Positions 5,976 to 7,016 of a stretch of DNA of 7,016 nucleotides are shown piece by piece (position 1 is the stretch's first letter; every line of letters starts with the position of its first letter). The notes under the pieces are model-generated. The model searched no databases. It saw only the letters and a list, made by a program, of their open reading frames with translations, and was not told the DNA's origin. This DNA comes from Vibrio cholerae ATCC 14035 (GTDB taxonomy: Bacteria > Pseudomonadota > Gammaproteobacteria > Enterobacterales > Vibrionaceae): positions 1 to 7,016 of the forward strand of contig NZ_JHXR01000046.1 in assembly GCF_000621645.1 (NCBI RefSeq), given 5' to 3'. The translations under genes were made by a program, and so were the position numbers.

Positions 5976-6104
5976 AGTTAACAAACGCCTCAAGAGGGAC
6001 TGTCAACGCGCGGCGTTTCCAGTCCCATTGAGCCGCAGTGGTTACGGTTATTGTGTTTGAGTTTGGTGGTAATGCGTTGTCAGCCCCTTAGGCGGGCGTT
6101 ATAA
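5976..6104 (+). repeat. attC site, VCR family
   Basis: The site runs R'' AGTTAAC, then the VCR consensus, then R' GTTATAA. Confidence 0.92.
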
Positions 6105-6124
6105 CGATTTGGAGACGTTAGAGT

Positions 6125-6808
6125 ATGAAATATCGAAGTAAATGGGAACTCTGCTTTAATGCTTATAAAAAAGAGTGTACTCGAATTGTGATTTTCAAAG
6201 AAAGCCTTAAGTTTATAAGCTTTAAATTTAAAGCACTTATTTTTATTTCGATCATTCTCTTTGGAATATTCTTAGCTTTGGCAATAATCTCAGCAATCAA
6301 TAATAATCGAGATATGTACTACGTATACCTCGTTGCATTTTTATTTTTTGAAACCTCTAGCTTGATTTCTGTATTTAAAGCCCAGAAAAAATATACTAAT
6401 GAAGAGTATTCAGATTATGAGTTATCCCAAGCACCACCGGAAGATTATAAAGATCAAAAAGCTAGATATTTAAAGTTTCGTAGAGCTCTTAGGCTAAATG
6501 ATATTGAGCAATCTCACGTAAGTGGAATATTGGAAATCCTTGAATCAAGAATCGCTGTATGTGAAAACAGTGGAGTTAGTGTACAAAAAATAGTCGGTTT
6601 TTCTATTACATTTGCAATGTCAGTTTTAGTTGCAACAATGAAAAGCTTAACTATTCAGACAATTGCTCAAATTGGTGTTATTGGGGTGTTTTCAATTGCT
6701 TTTGTTTATATTTTGCATAAATTAACACCCAATACGAGAGAACAGTTGTATGAGTTAAAATATTTTTTAACAATGTTCAGTTATGAAGATCATGAAAAAT
6801 CGTTATAA
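6125..6808 (+). CDS. Hypothetical integral membrane protein, 227 aa (2 TM, a charged central region of about 70 aa, then 2 TM)
   Basis: Hydrophobic segments are ALIFISIILFGIFLALAIISAI, MYYVYLVAFLFFETSSLISVF, IVGFSITFAMSVLVATM and IAQIGVIGVFSIAFVYILH. GGAG at 6111-6114 lies upstream of the ATG. The stop TAA (6806-6808) is embedded in the R'' core. I recognise no family. Confidence 0.65.
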   Translation: MKYRSKWELCFNAYKKECTRIVIFKESLKFISFKFKALIFISIILFGIFLALAIISAINNNRDMYYVYLVAFLFFETSSLISVFKAQKKYTNEEYSDYELSQAPPEDYKDQKARYLKFRRALRLNDIEQSHVSGILEILESRIAVCENSGVSVQKIVGFSITFAMSVLVATMKSLTIQTIAQIGVIGVFSIAFVYILHKLTPNTREQLYELKYFLTMFSYEDHEKSL

Positions 6809-6931
6809 CAAACGCCTTAAGAGGGACTGCCAACGCGTGGCATTTCCAGTCCCAATGAGCCGTGGTGGTTACGGTTGTTGTGTTTGAGTTTCGTTGTTAT
6901 GCGTTGTCAGCCCCTTAGGCGGGCGTTAGGC
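6803..6931 (+). repeat. attC site, VCR family
   Basis: The site runs R'' TTATAAC, then a VCR consensus with a few substitutions (CCTTAAGAGGGACTGCCAACGCG), then R' GTTAGGC. CGTTATAA is complementary to the cassette start TTATAACG at 6099-6106. Confidence 0.9.
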
Positions 6932-6959
6932 GCTTTCTTGCTAATGTTAGATCAATCCC

Positions 6960-7016
6960 TTAGAACAACTTCTTGTAATGATTGATAATCAACTCAAATT
7001 TATCCTCAAGATGAGT
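6960..7016 (-). CDS. 3' end of a minus-strand ORF running out of the window (..THLEDKFELIINHYKKLF*), function unknown
   Basis: An open minus-strand frame runs from the window edge to a TAA at 6962-6960. Only 18 codons are visible. The inverted orientation in an integron array hints at a TA or self-expressed cassette, but this is not assignable. Confidence 0.3.
   Translation of the reverse strand, partial: THLEDKFELIINHYKKLF

Larger units (their letters stand above)
1..7016 (+). mobile_element. Sedentary chromosomal integron (superintegron) gene-cassette array, VCR-type; intI/attI expected to the left of the window
   Basis: Twelve repeats of about 124-130 bp, all in one orientation. Each begins with an R'' core (xxxTAAC) and ends with an R' core (GTTAxxx), with imperfect internal dyad symmetry. 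They are separated by 270-700 bp units that mostly hold one plus-strand ORF. The repeat consensus matches the Vibrio cholerae repeat (VCR). Confidence 0.95.

Noticed and set aside
413-6931. Regularly spaced direct repeats as a CRISPR array
   Set aside because: The repeats are about 125-130 bp, far longer than CRISPR repeats. They have R''/R' integron core sites and long imperfect dyad symmetry. The intervening units are 270-700 bp and contain genes, so these are attC sites.

Overview
This window is a segment of a Vibrio-type sedentary chromosomal integron (superintegron) cassette array. Twelve attC recombination sites, one truncated at the left edge, lie in the same R''->R' orientation. They delimit 10 complete cassettes and 1 partial cassette of about 390-830 bp. 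Most attC sites match the Vibrio cholerae repeat (VCR) consensus (TAACAAACGCCTCAAGAGGGACTGTCAACGCG...CCCCTTAGGCGGGCGTTA). Four belong to two other attC sequence families. Each cassette boundary is confirmed by 8-9 nt of complementarity between the first bases of the cassette and the R'' side of its own attC. From left to right the cassettes are: (0) no convincing ORF; (1) GrpB/UPF0157 protein; (2) LysE/RhtB exporter; (3) HNH-motif protein with an unknown C-terminal domain; (4) a 53-aa four-Cys ORF absent from the ORF track; (5) a diverged paralog of cassette 0; (6) secreted DUF3465 protein; (7) an inverted parDE toxin-antitoxin pair with its own promoter and operator; (8) a 192-aa orphan with an Rx4H motif; (9) a near-identical second copy of cassette 4; (10) a 227-aa four-TM orphan; (11) a partial cassette with the end of a minus-strand ORF. 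Several long ORFs in the supplied track read through attC sites or run antisense to real genes and are artefacts. The best candidates for an undescribed system are the compact orphan cassettes 3, 8 and 10, which may be single-gene anti-phage or abortive-infection modules. The duplicated small Cys-protein cassette sits directly downstream of cassettes 3 and 8. All functional assignments come from motif recognition by eye. No database search was possible.
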